The translations under genes were made by a program, and so were the position numbers. The notes below the pieces were generated by a model. It was not told where the DNA came from. It ran no database searches and saw only the letters and a list, made by a program, of their open reading frames with translations. From assembly GCA_965219685.1 (NCBI GenBank), contig CBDCOH010000002.1, positions 2,240,001 to 2,304,000 on the forward strand: a stretch of 64,000 nt of DNA, in the 5' to 3' direction. Source of the DNA: Candidatus Spongiisociaceae bacterium. GTDB lineage: Bacteria; Actinomycetota; Acidimicrobiia; Spongiisociales; Spongiisociaceae. Below are positions 1 through 10,410 of the stretch, piece after piece (positions within the stretch are counted from its first letter, which is position 1; each line of letters begins with the position of its first letter).

Positions 1-2
1 CG

Positions 3-101
3 AAGGTCGACGAGGCGGAGGTTCGCGCCGCCGCAACTGAGGCGACCAGGCGGTTGTTCGGCGAGGCACAACTCACCGGCCTCACCAAGGACTGGCAGTA
101 G
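3..101 (+). CDS. 3' end of a gene entering from the left, possibly an amidohydrolase
   Basis: Frame reads KVDEAEVRAAATEATRRLFGEAQLTGLTKDWQ-stop; resembles the C-terminus of the amidohydrolase at 15811-17205. Confidence 0.5.
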   Translation, partial: KVDEAEVRAAATEATRRLFGEAQLTGLTKDWQ

Positions 102-183
102 TGGCCTGTCTGCGAAATGGCAACGACAGACCACCAGCCACCACGGGCTGACCGGAAGCGTTAGAAACAAGGAGACGAAACCG

Positions 184-987
184 GTGGAGACACGCAGCGT
201 TCGACATGGCTACACGACCGGGGCTGAAGGCAACCGCCTGCACTACCTCGACTACGGCGGCGACGGAACAACCATGATCTGCATGCACGGCGTGATCGGC
301 AACGCCTGGAACTGGGATGCGGTGGCATCCGGCATAGGCGGTCGCCGAAGGGTGCTGGCGCTCGACTACCGGGGCTACGGCGAGAGTCAATGGTCGCCGT
401 CGCAGGACTACCGGACCTCCGACCACGTCGCCGACCTGGCCGCTCTCGTCGAATCGCTCGGTGACGACACCGTGGACCTCATGGGCTCCTCGTGGGGCGC
501 ACTGGTAGCCATCCAGTACGCGGCGGAGAACCCCGGCCGGGTAGGGCGGATCGTGGTAGTGGACGTGGAGGCTTCGTTCGCTCAGAGCGAGACCGACCTC
601 TTCCCGCGACCTACCAGCCATGCCGACCACGCCGAGGTGCGAACCGGGCTCGGGTTCGCCTTCCCCAACGCCCCCGAGGAGATGCTCGAACTCACCGCCC
701 TGACGAGTTTCGGGCCGGTAGACGGTGGACGCCTGGCCCCCAAGCACGATCCCTACTTCTTCGAACGCTGGCCGTTCCGCTCCGACGACCACTGGGACCG
801 CCTGGAAGGGATGGAGACCCCCGCCCTGCTGGTGCACGCAGAGGACAGCTTCGTGAACTTCGATGTCATGGCCCGGATGGCCCACCGCATGCGCAACGCC
901 ACCCTCGTGCAGGTGAAGGACAGCACCCACGTCGTACCGGTCGACAACCCGGACGGACTTGTGGAGGAACTCCTCTCGTTCTTGTAG
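184..987 (+). CDS. alpha/beta fold hydrolase
   Basis: HG oxyanion motif, LDYRGYGES, nucleophile elbow GSSWG, C-terminal His; AAGGAG RBS. Confidence 0.9.
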   Translation: METRSVRHGYTTGAEGNRLHYLDYGGDGTTMICMHGVIGNAWNWDAVASGIGGRRRVLALDYRGYGESQWSPSQDYRTSDHVADLAALVESLGDDTVDLMGSSWGALVAIQYAAENPGRVGRIVVVDVEASFAQSETDLFPRPTSHADHAEVRTGLGFAFPNAPEEMLELTALTSFGPVDGGRLAPKHDPYFFERWPFRSDDHWDRLEGMETPALLVHAEDSFVNFDVMARMAHRMRNATLVQVKDSTHVVPVDNPDGLVEELLSFL

Positions 988-1138
988 CGGTTGATGAAGA
1001 CTTGCTCACCGGAATGCCTGGTGAAACGCAGGTTTTCTTCATATAGACTGGCCACCGGCTCTAGACGGATAACCCGGCCACGGATTAGATAGTCGGCAGC
1101 GCCACACCCGTGGCGCCGTCAACGCCTGTGAGGTTCAC

Positions 1139-2377
1139 TTGACCGCGTACTCGCCCGCTTCTTCGCTCGGGTGGCTTGACTTCGATGCCGCCGCGGCAGA
1201 TCGTGTCGCGCGACTATTGCACGCCCTCCGGGAGCCCGCAACGCTCGATGTCCTGGGCCTGGGATCAGTTGTCACCACCCTCTCCAACATGCTGCATCCC
1301 GGCACTTCGTACATACACACGAACCTGCGCTACCTGATGTTCGTGCCTTGGATACTCCAGCGCCTCGAAGCGGAGCGGGTTGCTCCGGGAGACTTCTCCC
1401 GGCGCCTTCGCCACGACGAAGCCCGGCTAATCGACTGCCTGCGGCATCTGGGACCGGGTCAGGGGGTGATCGGGTACCGGGCTGGTAGAAACTTGAAGCG
1501 GATGCCCAGCAGCATCTATTGGGGATCCCTCCGGGAATGGGGATTGAGACGAGTCTCGCTCAGCCTGGGCGAGTATGCGCAGCGTGCAGCCGCGATGGGC
1601 CGGTACCGGGCTGGGCGCGATGACGACGGCAACGTGACGGACCCGGACCGTTCGATATGGGTGGCGCTTCCGCCTCCCCCAGAGGGCTTTCTCCGAGACA
1701 AGATCGACTTCGAGCTGCAACCCGAGGAAGCGCGCACCCTCGTCGACAACATCCAGCGCAAGAGTCCACCGACGCTCATCTCGTCGCTGTGCGGCAAGCC
1801 GGAGATCGCCGCCGAATGCACGTACCCGTGGGACGTGCCCCAGACCAACCTGCCGCCACAGGTCGCCGAGGTACTGCGCCATGCCCGCTGCTTCTCGGAG
1901 TTGACCACCGGCTCGCAACACGCATACAACATCCTGGTCGCGCGCCGGGCCCACCAGGAACTCGATTGGGAAACCGAGGAAGTCGAACAGGCCCAACTCG
2001 GTCACCTAAGCGAGTGGGTCGAACTGGTCGGGAGTCGCCGCGACGAACTTCGCGCATGGGTCGATGACCTCCCGTCGTTCTGGGAGGTCCTTCGCAGGAA
2101 CCGCAGGAGTTCGATAAGACATGGAACACGAAACTTTGTAGCCACGATCGCGGAACTGGCGGTCAACAATCCTGAGGGGTTCGAGCACAACGAGGACGTC
2201 CACAAGGTGATCAGCCGTCGTGAGATCCGGCTGAAGTCGAATCGGGCCCGCCTGGGGAGTCGCGCCGCGCTGGAGAACTGGCACGGATCCCCCGTCGGTG
2301 GCCGGCACACCTACCGATGGTCCGTCGCCAAGGCCTACCTCGGCGAGATCGCGGACGCGCGGCGGACCGGCGCGTAA
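1139..2377 (+). CDS. DUF6361-family protein, first gene of a three-gene defence-like operon
   Basis: LGWLDF, LDVLGLG, PGTSYIHTNLRYLMFVPW and PSSIYWGSLREWG motifs; TAATG overlap with the next gene. Confidence 0.75.
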   Translation: MTAYSPASSLGWLDFDAAAADRVARLLHALREPATLDVLGLGSVVTTLSNMLHPGTSYIHTNLRYLMFVPWILQRLEAERVAPGDFSRRLRHDEARLIDCLRHLGPGQGVIGYRAGRNLKRMPSSIYWGSLREWGLRRVSLSLGEYAQRAAAMGRYRAGRDDDGNVTDPDRSIWVALPPPPEGFLRDKIDFELQPEEARTLVDNIQRKSPPTLISSLCGKPEIAAECTYPWDVPQTNLPPQVAEVLRHARCFSELTTGSQHAYNILVARRAHQELDWETEEVEQAQLGHLSEWVELVGSRRDELRAWVDDLPSFWEVLRRNRRSSIRHGTRNFVATIAELAVNNPEGFEHNEDVHKVISRREIRLKSNRARLGSRAALENWHGSPVGGRHTYRWSVAKAYLGEIADARRTGA

Positions 2378-4215
2378 TGCTCCAACCGACGAACCGGCTA
2401 ACGCTCATCAATGCGATGCGTCCGCCGGCCGCGTTCCGGCTCGAATCAGCCATGGCGGTCACGTACACGCTCAACCTGTCGGCACTCCTCGCGGCGCCGG
2501 CCGCATTCGCAATTGCGAGCGTGGGCAACACCACGACCGATGCTGACCTCCAGACCCCTGTGGAGTTGGTCCACGCGCTCCGGACCAACGCCCACAAGCT
2601 CACCGTCTTCAGCGAGGCAGGCGAGATCAGCCTCCCACCGGCCAGCCGAGCCTTTGCCTTCCTAGAACGAGCCGTGGTACCCGTCCGCGCGCCGCGCGGA
2701 GGAATCGTCCATCCCAAGGTGTGGGTGCTGCGCTACGAGGCCTCCGCTGATCTGGAGGAGGTCAGCAAGGGTGACCACCGGCTCCGTGTGATCATCACCA
2801 GTCGCAACCTCACCTTCGATCCGAGCTGGGACACAGTACTGAGACTCGACGAGTCGGCAGATTCGCAGGGTGTAGAGCTCGGCGCGGTTGGTGAACTGTT
2901 CGAGGGACTGCTCGGCGCCGCAGTCGGTGAAATCTCCTCGGATCACTCCGATCGGGTACGTTCGCTGGCCGGAGCGCTGCGGACGGCGCGGTTCGCGCTC
3001 CCCGCCGGGGTCGATGACCTCAGGATTCACGTGTTCGGCCTCACCGCTCAGGACTCACCTCTGCCAACCGAGGTGGACCGGTCGCTGATCATCTCGCCAT
3101 TCGTGACCGACGGCTTCTTCTCCAGGCTGGGTCCACGACCGCTTGATGAACTCGTCAGCCGCCAAGGTGAGCTCGACAAGTTGGCCAAGAGCACGCTTGA
3201 TCCCATCAAGAAGGTCTGGGTCCTGGACAGTACCCTCGACGACCTCAGCGTCTCCGACACCGGCGATGCGCCTGACGACCAGGCGCGACCGCAGTACTCA
3301 CCGTCTGACCCCGGCCGGCCGCTGGTCGGGCTTCACGCCAAGGTCTTCGCCTTCGAACACGACGGTAGTGCCCGGCTGTTCGTCGGATCGGCCAATGCCA
3401 CAGGCCCTGCTTTCAATAGCAGCAACGTCGAGATCCTGGCTGAACTACGCGGGCCGCTTGCCGAGTTGGGAATCGGCCGGCTAACAGAGGGGAACGGGGA
3501 CGAGCCCGGCCTGCGCGATCTATTCGATTGTTACCGCCGCAACTGTCCGGTCCCTCCGAACGGTGACGGCTGTCACAAGCTCGATCCTGCTCGCCGCGCC
3601 ATCGCTCGCCTCCTGTTCAAGGGTTCGGCGGAGAAGAGCGGAGAGGACTGGGCCGTGACGTACTACTCGTCCGAGCCCGTCCCCAAGATCAAGGAAGTCG
3701 AGATCTGCTGCCGGCCGCTCACCAAAGCCGGGGATCGGCGCCGGATCGCACCGGCAGAGCGACTCGAGGAACGCTTCGAGACCAGCCTCGAACGCATGAG
3801 CGGCTTCCTCGCCTTCGAGCTGAGCCATCACTGCGGCGAGCAAACCGGTTTCGTGGTACCCGTGGCTCTCGAAGGTGTTCCCGAACATCGAGACCAGCAC
3901 CTGCTGAAGTTGCTCATCGGTAACGCCGAGCGCTTCCTCCGCTATCTCCTAGCCCTCCTCTACGAGGACTCGCCCCAAGTCGATATCGTCACCGTGATGC
4001 GCGCCATCGACACCGGACAATCAGCCGGTACCAGCGCGTTCAGCCTCGCAGTTCTGGAACGGCTGCTGGGAACCATGCGCCGCGACCCATCGAGGCTTCT
4101 CGGACTGCATCCACTCGTCACCGACCTCAAGGCCGACGACGCCCTTCCAGAGGGTTTCGCCAGACTCTGGGACGCGATTCACAAGGTTGCGGAAGAGGGA
4201 GCCGGTACGCGATGA
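2377..4215 (+). CDS. phospholipase D-family nuclease-like protein with two HKD-type motifs
   Basis: HPKVWVLRY...ITSRNLT and HAKVFAFE...VGSANAT; ATG at 2377 overlaps the upstream stop. Confidence 0.8.
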   Translation: MLQPTNRLTLINAMRPPAAFRLESAMAVTYTLNLSALLAAPAAFAIASVGNTTTDADLQTPVELVHALRTNAHKLTVFSEAGEISLPPASRAFAFLERAVVPVRAPRGGIVHPKVWVLRYEASADLEEVSKGDHRLRVIITSRNLTFDPSWDTVLRLDESADSQGVELGAVGELFEGLLGAAVGEISSDHSDRVRSLAGALRTARFALPAGVDDLRIHVFGLTAQDSPLPTEVDRSLIISPFVTDGFFSRLGPRPLDELVSRQGELDKLAKSTLDPIKKVWVLDSTLDDLSVSDTGDAPDDQARPQYSPSDPGRPLVGLHAKVFAFEHDGSARLFVGSANATGPAFNSSNVEILAELRGPLAELGIGRLTEGNGDEPGLRDLFDCYRRNCPVPPNGDGCHKLDPARRAIARLLFKGSAEKSGEDWAVTYYSSEPVPKIKEVEICCRPLTKAGDRRRIAPAERLEERFETSLERMSGFLAFELSHHCGEQTGFVVPVALEGVPEHRDQHLLKLLIGNAERFLRYLLALLYEDSPQVDIVTVMRAIDTGQSAGTSAFSLAVLERLLGTMRRDPSRLLGLHPLVTDLKADDALPEGFARLWDAIHKVAEEGAGTR

Positions 4216-7200
4216 CCGAGCCTCGCATCGATGTCGCCGCTACGTTGGCAGACCTGAAGGACTTCCAGCAATGCACGGCAAAGTGGGCGTTCAAGCGGAT
4301 GTTCAAGGATAACGATCCGGCGTTACGATTCCTGGTGGCGGACGAGGTCGGCCTCGGCAAGACACATGTGGCCAAGGGCGTAATCGCGCAGGTCATCGAC
4401 CATCTGGGGAGCATCGACGATGAACGCCACGACATTGTGTATGTCTGTTCGAACGGGGCGATCGCCCGACAGAACCTCAGGAAGCTCGCCCCCAAGGGCA
4501 TCAACCCCACCATCGTCGGTGTTGACCGGCTGACCATGCTCCCTCTAGTCGAACTCGACAGCGGAAGAGACGGGCAACCCGGCATCAACCTGTTGGCGAT
4601 CACCCCCGGCACGTCCTTCAAGTTCGGACTCAGCACCGGCAAGTTCACGGAACGCGCCCTCGCCTACGCGTTGTTACGCAGGGCCTGGGGCCCTGAGGTC
4701 ATGAACAAGAGAGCCCGCCACATCTTCTGGTTTGGCCTCACAAAGGGCAGTCCCGCCGACCGGGACAGGCGACTCCAGCGGTGGGGGGAGCACTTCCGCG
4801 ATCGGGTCAGAGTGTCGCGCGAGGAGTTCAATACCCGTTTGGCCCGGGTTGACAGGGAGAGGCGAGGAACCGGCAACCCACCATTGCGACAAGTGTTCGC
4901 CGAACTCGTGGACCGCCTCCGGGTTGAACCTACCTTCACCGGCCGCACCTGGTGGTTGCGGCGACATCTGATCGCGGAGGTGCGCCGGGTCATGGCGCTG
5001 GTCGGTATTGATGCGCTCCGGCCCGATCTGGTGGTACTCGACGAGTTCCAGCGTTTCAAGGACCTGATGCGACCCGATGCCGACGATCTCGCCGGAGAGC
5101 TTGCACAGGGTCTCTTCAACTACCGCGACCCCGAGACCGGGAGGCCGACTCGGACCCTGTTGCTCTCGGCCACTCCCTACCGCATGTACACGACGGCCGA
5201 CGACGCCGACGCCGACCATTACAAGGACTTCCTGGACACCTGCAAGTTCCTCTACCAGGATGCCGAGCGTGTCGAAGGACTGAGACGTCGTTTCGCCGGT
5301 CTTCGCGATGCACTCACCGCGTCGGCTGTGCTCGACGACACCGAGGCGCCGCTGGCTAACGCGGCGCGCATCTGCCACGAGATCGGGTCGGACCTGCGGC
5401 AGGTCATGGCCCGTACCGAGCGGCTGGCTGCTACCCCGGACCGGGACGGGATGCTCGAGGAGCCCACCGTTCCCGTGGCGGTCGCGCCCGACGACATCCG
5501 CTCGTACCTACGCATCGGCGACCTCGCGCAAATCGTCAGCCACCACGATCCCACCGAGTACTGGAAGTCCGCCCCGTACCTGGTGAACTTCATGGAGCAC
5601 TACAAGCTCAAGCAGGCTATAGAGGGAGCTGTCGCGGAGGGCCTATTGGTCGAGGACGGGAGGCTCGACCCGGGTCCCGGCCTGTTGAGTTGGGAGGATG
5701 TGGAGCGTTACCAGCGCGTCGACCCCCAGAACGGGCGGCTTCGATGGCTAACAGACGACCTCGAAGCCTCCCGTGCCTTCGAGCTTCTGTGGGTCCCACC
5801 ATCGATTCGCTACTACGAGACCGGATCGGTCTACGAATCTGCAGAGGCACGCCGGTTCACCAAGCGCCTGATCTTCTCCGGTTGGCGGGTCGTGCCGAAG
5901 GTCGTCTCGTCGCTGGTCAGTTTCGAAGCCGAGCGCCGTGCCTTCGCGAGCCGTGAGCACGGTTACTCGGCCCGGTACCGGCAGCGTGGCGGCCAGCGCC
6001 TCACGTTCCGAACCAGCGAGAGGACAGCCGCGGAGACTCGTGCCGGTGAGTCTTCAGCCGAGCGTCGCGCCGCCTCGATGACGACATTCCTGCTCGTGTG
6101 GCCAAGCCTCAGTCTCGCTGAGGTGGGTGACCCGCGAGCGCTGCAATCCGAACGACGGGATCGCGATTCCGTGATCGCCACAATCTCAGCGCGAGTGGAA
6201 GCGGCTCTTGAGCCACTCGCTCGCTCGGCACCCTCCGAGGGACCGGTCGATCGGCGCTGGTACTGGGCCGCCCCGCTGCTGTTTGATCACCAGCGTCACC
6301 GTACGGTTGTCGACCGGCTGCTATCCGACCGGTCGGCAGGGCTCTGGGAGGGCGATAGGGCCGACGTGAACTTCCGGGCGCATCTCGCCGAGGCCCGAGC
6401 CATGGTCGAGTACGGGCCGACAGCCCTCGGACGGCGTCCCGAGGACCTCTACGAGGTGCTGGCCGAACTGGCGCTCGGTGGGCCGGCGCAGTGTGCGCTC
6501 CGGGCGGTCAACTCGGTCGTGGGGCTTCCCGCCGCTCATGAGTCGGTGCTGTCGAGCGCGATCCGAATCGGTGAGGCCTTCAGGAGCTTCTTCAACGCCC
6601 CGGAGGTGACAGCGTTAGTCACTGCCGCTCGATCGGAGCGACCCGGCTCCGAGGGAGGCGTTGCCCGGTACTGGCGTGAGGTCGTGGGTCATTCGATCGA
6701 CGGGAACCTGCAGGCCTTGCTGGACGAGCACGCTCACATCCTGCGCGACTGGCTCGGCTACGTCAGCCTCGACGGCGCAGAGCAGCGAACCAAGGCCGCC
6801 GGTGGCATCGCCTCCACGATCGGTGATGCGCTGAGGCTCCGGACCTCTGCGCTGCGGGTGGACATCCCTCGCCGCAGCGATCACGATGACGGCATCGAAC
6901 TGGAGGATCACCGCATGCGCTCTCGCTTCGCGGTGGCTTTCGGCGATCAGGTGCTCGACGAGGGAGGCCAAGCCCGGGTGGGCGCCGTGTCGGTGGCTTT
7001 CAACTCACCCTTCTGGCCGTTCGTTTTGACCTCGACCTCGGTCGGGCAGGAAGGACTGGACTTCCACCTGTGGTGCCATGCGGTGGTGCACTGGAACCTT
7101 CCCGCCAATCCCGTCGATCTCGAGCAGCGTGAAGGCCGAGTCCATCGGTACAAGTGTCACGCGGTCCGTCGCAACATCGCTGAGAAGCTCGGATCCGATC

Positions 7201-7565
7201 TGGTGAAAGACGGGACACCGGAAAGCGATCCGTGGCAGGCGCTCTTCGAGCGGGCGGCATCCGAGAGGGAACCCGACGACGGGGAGATGGTGCCCTACTG
7301 GGTGTTCCATCAGGGCCGGGCGAAGATCGACCGCCTCGTTCCGGTGCTTCCGTTCAGCCGCGAGTCGGCGAGACTTCCCAGGTTGCGGAAGTCCCTCGCC
7401 GTCTATCGCCTCGCCTTCGGCCAGCCCCGCCAGGAGGAATTGGTCGAGTTCCTAGGCGACCGCATCAGCCCCGAGCAGTTGCAGCGCTGGCTCTCGCAAC
7501 TTCGCATCGACCTGTCGCCCCCGAACGTGCCGGAGCATTTACCAAGCGGGGTTTCAGAAGCTTGA
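4212..7565 (+). CDS. superfamily 2 helicase
   Basis: ADEVGLGKT, DEFQ, LSATP, GQEGLDFH, EQREGRVHR; ATGA overlap with the PLD gene. Confidence 0.9.
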   Translation: MTEPRIDVAATLADLKDFQQCTAKWAFKRMFKDNDPALRFLVADEVGLGKTHVAKGVIAQVIDHLGSIDDERHDIVYVCSNGAIARQNLRKLAPKGINPTIVGVDRLTMLPLVELDSGRDGQPGINLLAITPGTSFKFGLSTGKFTERALAYALLRRAWGPEVMNKRARHIFWFGLTKGSPADRDRRLQRWGEHFRDRVRVSREEFNTRLARVDRERRGTGNPPLRQVFAELVDRLRVEPTFTGRTWWLRRHLIAEVRRVMALVGIDALRPDLVVLDEFQRFKDLMRPDADDLAGELAQGLFNYRDPETGRPTRTLLLSATPYRMYTTADDADADHYKDFLDTCKFLYQDAERVEGLRRRFAGLRDALTASAVLDDTEAPLANAARICHEIGSDLRQVMARTERLAATPDRDGMLEEPTVPVAVAPDDIRSYLRIGDLAQIVSHHDPTEYWKSAPYLVNFMEHYKLKQAIEGAVAEGLLVEDGRLDPGPGLLSWEDVERYQRVDPQNGRLRWLTDDLEASRAFELLWVPPSIRYYETGSVYESAEARRFTKRLIFSGWRVVPKVVSSLVSFEAERRAFASREHGYSARYRQRGGQRLTFRTSERTAAETRAGESSAERRAASMTTFLLVWPSLSLAEVGDPRALQSERRDRDSVIATISARVEAALEPLARSAPSEGPVDRRWYWAAPLLFDHQRHRTVVDRLLSDRSAGLWEGDRADVNFRAHLAEARAMVEYGPTALGRRPEDLYEVLAELALGGPAQCALRAVNSVVGLPAAHESVLSSAIRIGEAFRSFFNAPEVTALVTAARSERPGSEGGVARYWREVVGHSIDGNLQALLDEHAHILRDWLGYVSLDGAEQRTKAAGGIASTIGDALRLRTSALRVDIPRRSDHDDGIELEDHRMRSRFAVAFGDQVLDEGGQARVGAVSVAFNSPFWPFVLTSTSVGQEGLDFHLWCHAVVHWNLPANPVDLEQREGRVHRYKCHAVRRNIAEKLGSDLVKDGTPESDPWQALFERAASEREPDDGEMVPYWVFHQGRAKIDRLVPVLPFSRESARLPRLRKSLAVYRLAFGQPRQEELVEFLGDRISPEQLQRWLSQLRIDLSPPNVPEHLPSGVSEA

Positions 7566-8855
7566 TAATGCGTGTGTTGACTCATCCGGACTGGCCCGGG
7601 TCCACAGGCGGTCTACCGGCAGGGCGATGATGCTGGCGTCTGCGCCCTTGTAGCGAATGCAGTGAGGACCCGTGTACAGCACCACACCGACCATGAACCG
7701 ATCACCGAGGGTGTCGCGCAACATGCGTAGGCCGCGCCGGTCCTTCGGGTAGATCCTCGAACCGGCCTTCACTTCGATACCGACCACCGAGCCGTCCCGA
7801 CCGTTCTCCATCACGACATCCACCTCGGCGCCGTCGTGCGTTCGCCAGTGTCCGACGTGAGGCCGGTGCTCCATCCAGGACGCCTGCTTGAGGATCTCGC
7901 CCACGACGAAAGTCTCAAGCAGATGCCCGAACTGTTGCAGGGCCGCCGGATCCAGAGCCGACAACTTGTCGGGCGGGAGGCGGAGCAACCGGGCAGCCAG
8001 ACCAGAGTCCGTGATGTGCAGTTTGGGACGCGAGCTGGTCGCCGACCGTAGCGTCCTTCCCCAGGCAGGCAGCAGGCGCACCAGGAATCCGGACTCGAAC
8101 AGCTTTACGTAGTCGGATGTGGTGCTGGCAGCCAGTCCTACCGCCCGGCCGGCGCTCGACATGTTGAGAACCTGAGCCGTCTGCGACGCCAAGCGCGCGA
8201 GTAGTTGCGCAAGCGCCGCAGGCTGCCTCACGCGACCCTCCTCCAGGAGATCACGTTCCAGGCAGAGAGCCAGGTAGTCATCGAACCAGCGAGCCCGCGC
8301 CGGCCCGGTGCGCGCCAACGCCAACGGGAACCCGCCCCTTGTGACGAGGTCCACATACTCGTCCCGTGTGGTTGCCGACGGGTCCGGTGAGACGATCGAA
8401 CCAGGATCATCCAGTAGCGCCTCGACCATATTCTCCCTCTCCCCGCCGATCTCCCCTTGGGATAGCGGAAGGATCTCCAGCCGGTGCAGGCGGCCGGTCA
8501 GCGACTGCGCAGCGAGGGGTAAGGAGTCGAAACGAGTGGAACCTGCGAGTACAAACCGGCCCGGAGACCCGTCGAGGTTCAACTCGGCCTTGATCGAGTC
8601 CAGCAGGACGGGGACATGCTGGTACTCATCGATGAACACCGGTCCGCGGCCTGCGACGAACAGCCCGGGATCGTCGCTGACCGCCGCCCGAACTGCCGGA
8701 TCGTCGAAATCCACCACACGCCCGCCGTACCGGTCAGCCAGTATCCGCAGCAGCGTGGACTTGCCGACGGAGCGCGGACCCTCGAGCAACACCACCGGCG
8801 ACTCGGCCATACGACAAACGACGATATCCTCCAGCCGCCGAGGGACCAACTCCAC
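7554..8855 (-). CDS. AAA+ ATPase with DUF4143 domain (COG1373 type)
   Basis: GPRSVGKS, IDEYQ, GGFP, PKLHITDSG, ETFV, EVD...GIEVK nuclease-like tail. Confidence 0.9.
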   Translation of the reverse strand: MELVPRRLEDIVVCRMAESPVVLLEGPRSVGKSTLLRILADRYGGRVVDFDDPAVRAAVSDDPGLFVAGRGPVFIDEYQHVPVLLDSIKAELNLDGSPGRFVLAGSTRFDSLPLAAQSLTGRLHRLEILPLSQGEIGGERENMVEALLDDPGSIVSPDPSATTRDEYVDLVTRGGFPLALARTGPARARWFDDYLALCLERDLLEEGRVRQPAALAQLLARLASQTAQVLNMSSAGRAVGLAASTTSDYVKLFESGFLVRLLPAWGRTLRSATSSRPKLHITDSGLAARLLRLPPDKLSALDPAALQQFGHLLETFVVGEILKQASWMEHRPHVGHWRTHDGAEVDVVMENGRDGSVVGIEVKAGSRIYPKDRRGLRMLRDTLGDRFMVGVVLYTGPHCIRYKGADASIIALPVDRLWTRASPDESTHALSSF

Positions 8856-8865
8856 GATCAGGCAC

Positions 8866-8990
8866 CCTTCCGTGAATCTCCCAGTTATTCTACCGTGAAA
8901 TACATGGCCTTTCTACCGGTATACTCAGGAATGATCTGCCGTGACTTCCAAGTACTCCACCGGCAAAGGTCCGAGGATTTCACCCGGTCG
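8866..8990. repeat. degenerate array with ~23-bp period, core TCTACCGTGA
   Basis: Cores start at 8866, 8889, 8912, 8935, 8956 and 8980, immediately upstream of the ATPase start. Confidence 0.7.
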
Positions 8991-9073
8991 ACCACCCGAT
9001 CCCCGAACCAGACGTGGACCTCGCTCTGGCGGCTCGTCGCGGCGCCTGTCTCAAGCGCGGCAGGGGCGCAACC

Positions 9074-10357
9074 TCACTCCCACAAGAGGGAGATCGGGGC
9101 GGCCCATATGCGATCGCTGATCTCGATGACCGGGGAGCCGGAGTAGAGGATCACACCAAGGTCGAACTTGGGGAACCACCTCCGTTGGTCGGCGTCCATC
9201 CGGTCGCGCAACCACTGCAGATGACGGGCGTCACGGCGGGTGACGGCACTCGACGCCTTGACCTCGACTGCGATCAGGCTGCGGTCACGGCGGTTCTCCA
9301 CCAACAGGTCGACCTCTCGTTTCGCTTGGTCCCGGTAGTGGTAGAGGGCGTAGTCGTGGCCGGATGCGTCCCGCTGAGCCCGTAGTTGCGACACGACGAA
9401 GGTCTCCATGAGGTTCCCGACGAGCTTGGAGTCGGCACGCACGTCTTCAGGGCCCACCCCCAGCATCGCGGCCCACATTCCCGCATCGTTGACGAACCGC
9501 TTTGACCGCTTACCGATACGGCTCGAGATCGTCCGATGCCAAGCCGGAACCTGTGAGACCACGTACGAGTTGTGCAGAGCCTGTTCGTACTTCTCGGCCG
9601 AGACCCGCGAGATGTCGGAGCGCTCTGCCAGCGTGGTCTGGTTGATCATCTCCGACGAGTTGGCAGCGTACACGTACAGGAAGTCGAGCATCTTCCGATG
9701 GTCGATGCGTCCGGTCGCGGCGTCCAGCCGCACGATGTCGCGCAGGGCGCCTTCCATCTGCTTCCGCCGGCGCGGGTGGTCCGCGACCCTCAGGTAGGCC
9801 GGATAGCCGCCCTCCAAGGCTATGTCGATGTAGTCGTACAGGCCGAGTGTTCGGGCCGGCGCGGAGGCCCGACGAATATCGGCGAGCCGATCCACGAAGG
9901 AGTGGAGCGGATTGCGGCGCTTCTCCGCCACCGTCAGCGGATGCATCTCCAGGGTGACCCCGCGGTGCACGAGCGGCCATTGATTGCTGTCATCGCGATC
10001 GTTCGGACGGATACGAGAAGAGCCGGCGATGACGAACCCCTTCATCGAGTCCTGATCGACCAGCTTCTTCACCACCCAGAGCACATCCGGGACCTGCTGC
10101 CATTCGTCGAGCAGGACGGGCTTCTTCGCGCCCCGCAAGGCAGCCTCCATGTCCAGCACGAACGCCGAGCGCTGTTGAGGCTGCGACAGGTCGATTGCGG
10201 ATTCGACCACCCGCAGGGCGGTGGTCGTCTTGCCGACGCCGCGCGGTCCGGTGATCACTACCGCCGGCCAGGTATCTAGTTCGGCGCGAAGCCTCGCGTC
10301 GATGCGCCTCGGCAGGTAGCCGGAAGGACCGGAGCGATCAGAGTGACGGCGGCGCAT
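9074..10357 (-). CDS. AAA+ ATPase with DUF4143 domain (COG1373 type)
   Basis: GPRGVGKT, LDEWQ, GGYP, ETFV, EVDLL...AVEVK. Confidence 0.9.
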   Translation of the reverse strand: MRRRHSDRSGPSGYLPRRIDARLRAELDTWPAVVITGPRGVGKTTTALRVVESAIDLSQPQQRSAFVLDMEAALRGAKKPVLLDEWQQVPDVLWVVKKLVDQDSMKGFVIAGSSRIRPNDRDDSNQWPLVHRGVTLEMHPLTVAEKRRNPLHSFVDRLADIRRASAPARTLGLYDYIDIALEGGYPAYLRVADHPRRRKQMEGALRDIVRLDAATGRIDHRKMLDFLYVYAANSSEMINQTTLAERSDISRVSAEKYEQALHNSYVVSQVPAWHRTISSRIGKRSKRFVNDAGMWAAMLGVGPEDVRADSKLVGNLMETFVVSQLRAQRDASGHDYALYHYRDQAKREVDLLVENRRDRSLIAVEVKASSAVTRRDARHLQWLRDRMDADQRRWFPKFDLGVILYSGSPVIEISDRIWAAPISLLWE

Positions 10358-10410
10358 GTGGCTTCTCTCTTCCCGGGGCAGATGCAGAGACGACGAGACC
10401 CGATTCTCAG

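Noticed and set aside
994-1042. Intrinsic terminator after the hydrolase gene
   Set aside because: Imperfect bulged inverted repeat without a clear U-tract; function cannot be supported
8866-8990. CRISPR array
   Set aside because: Cores are about 10 bp and degenerate with a 23-bp period, far too short for repeat-spacer units; no cas genes in the window
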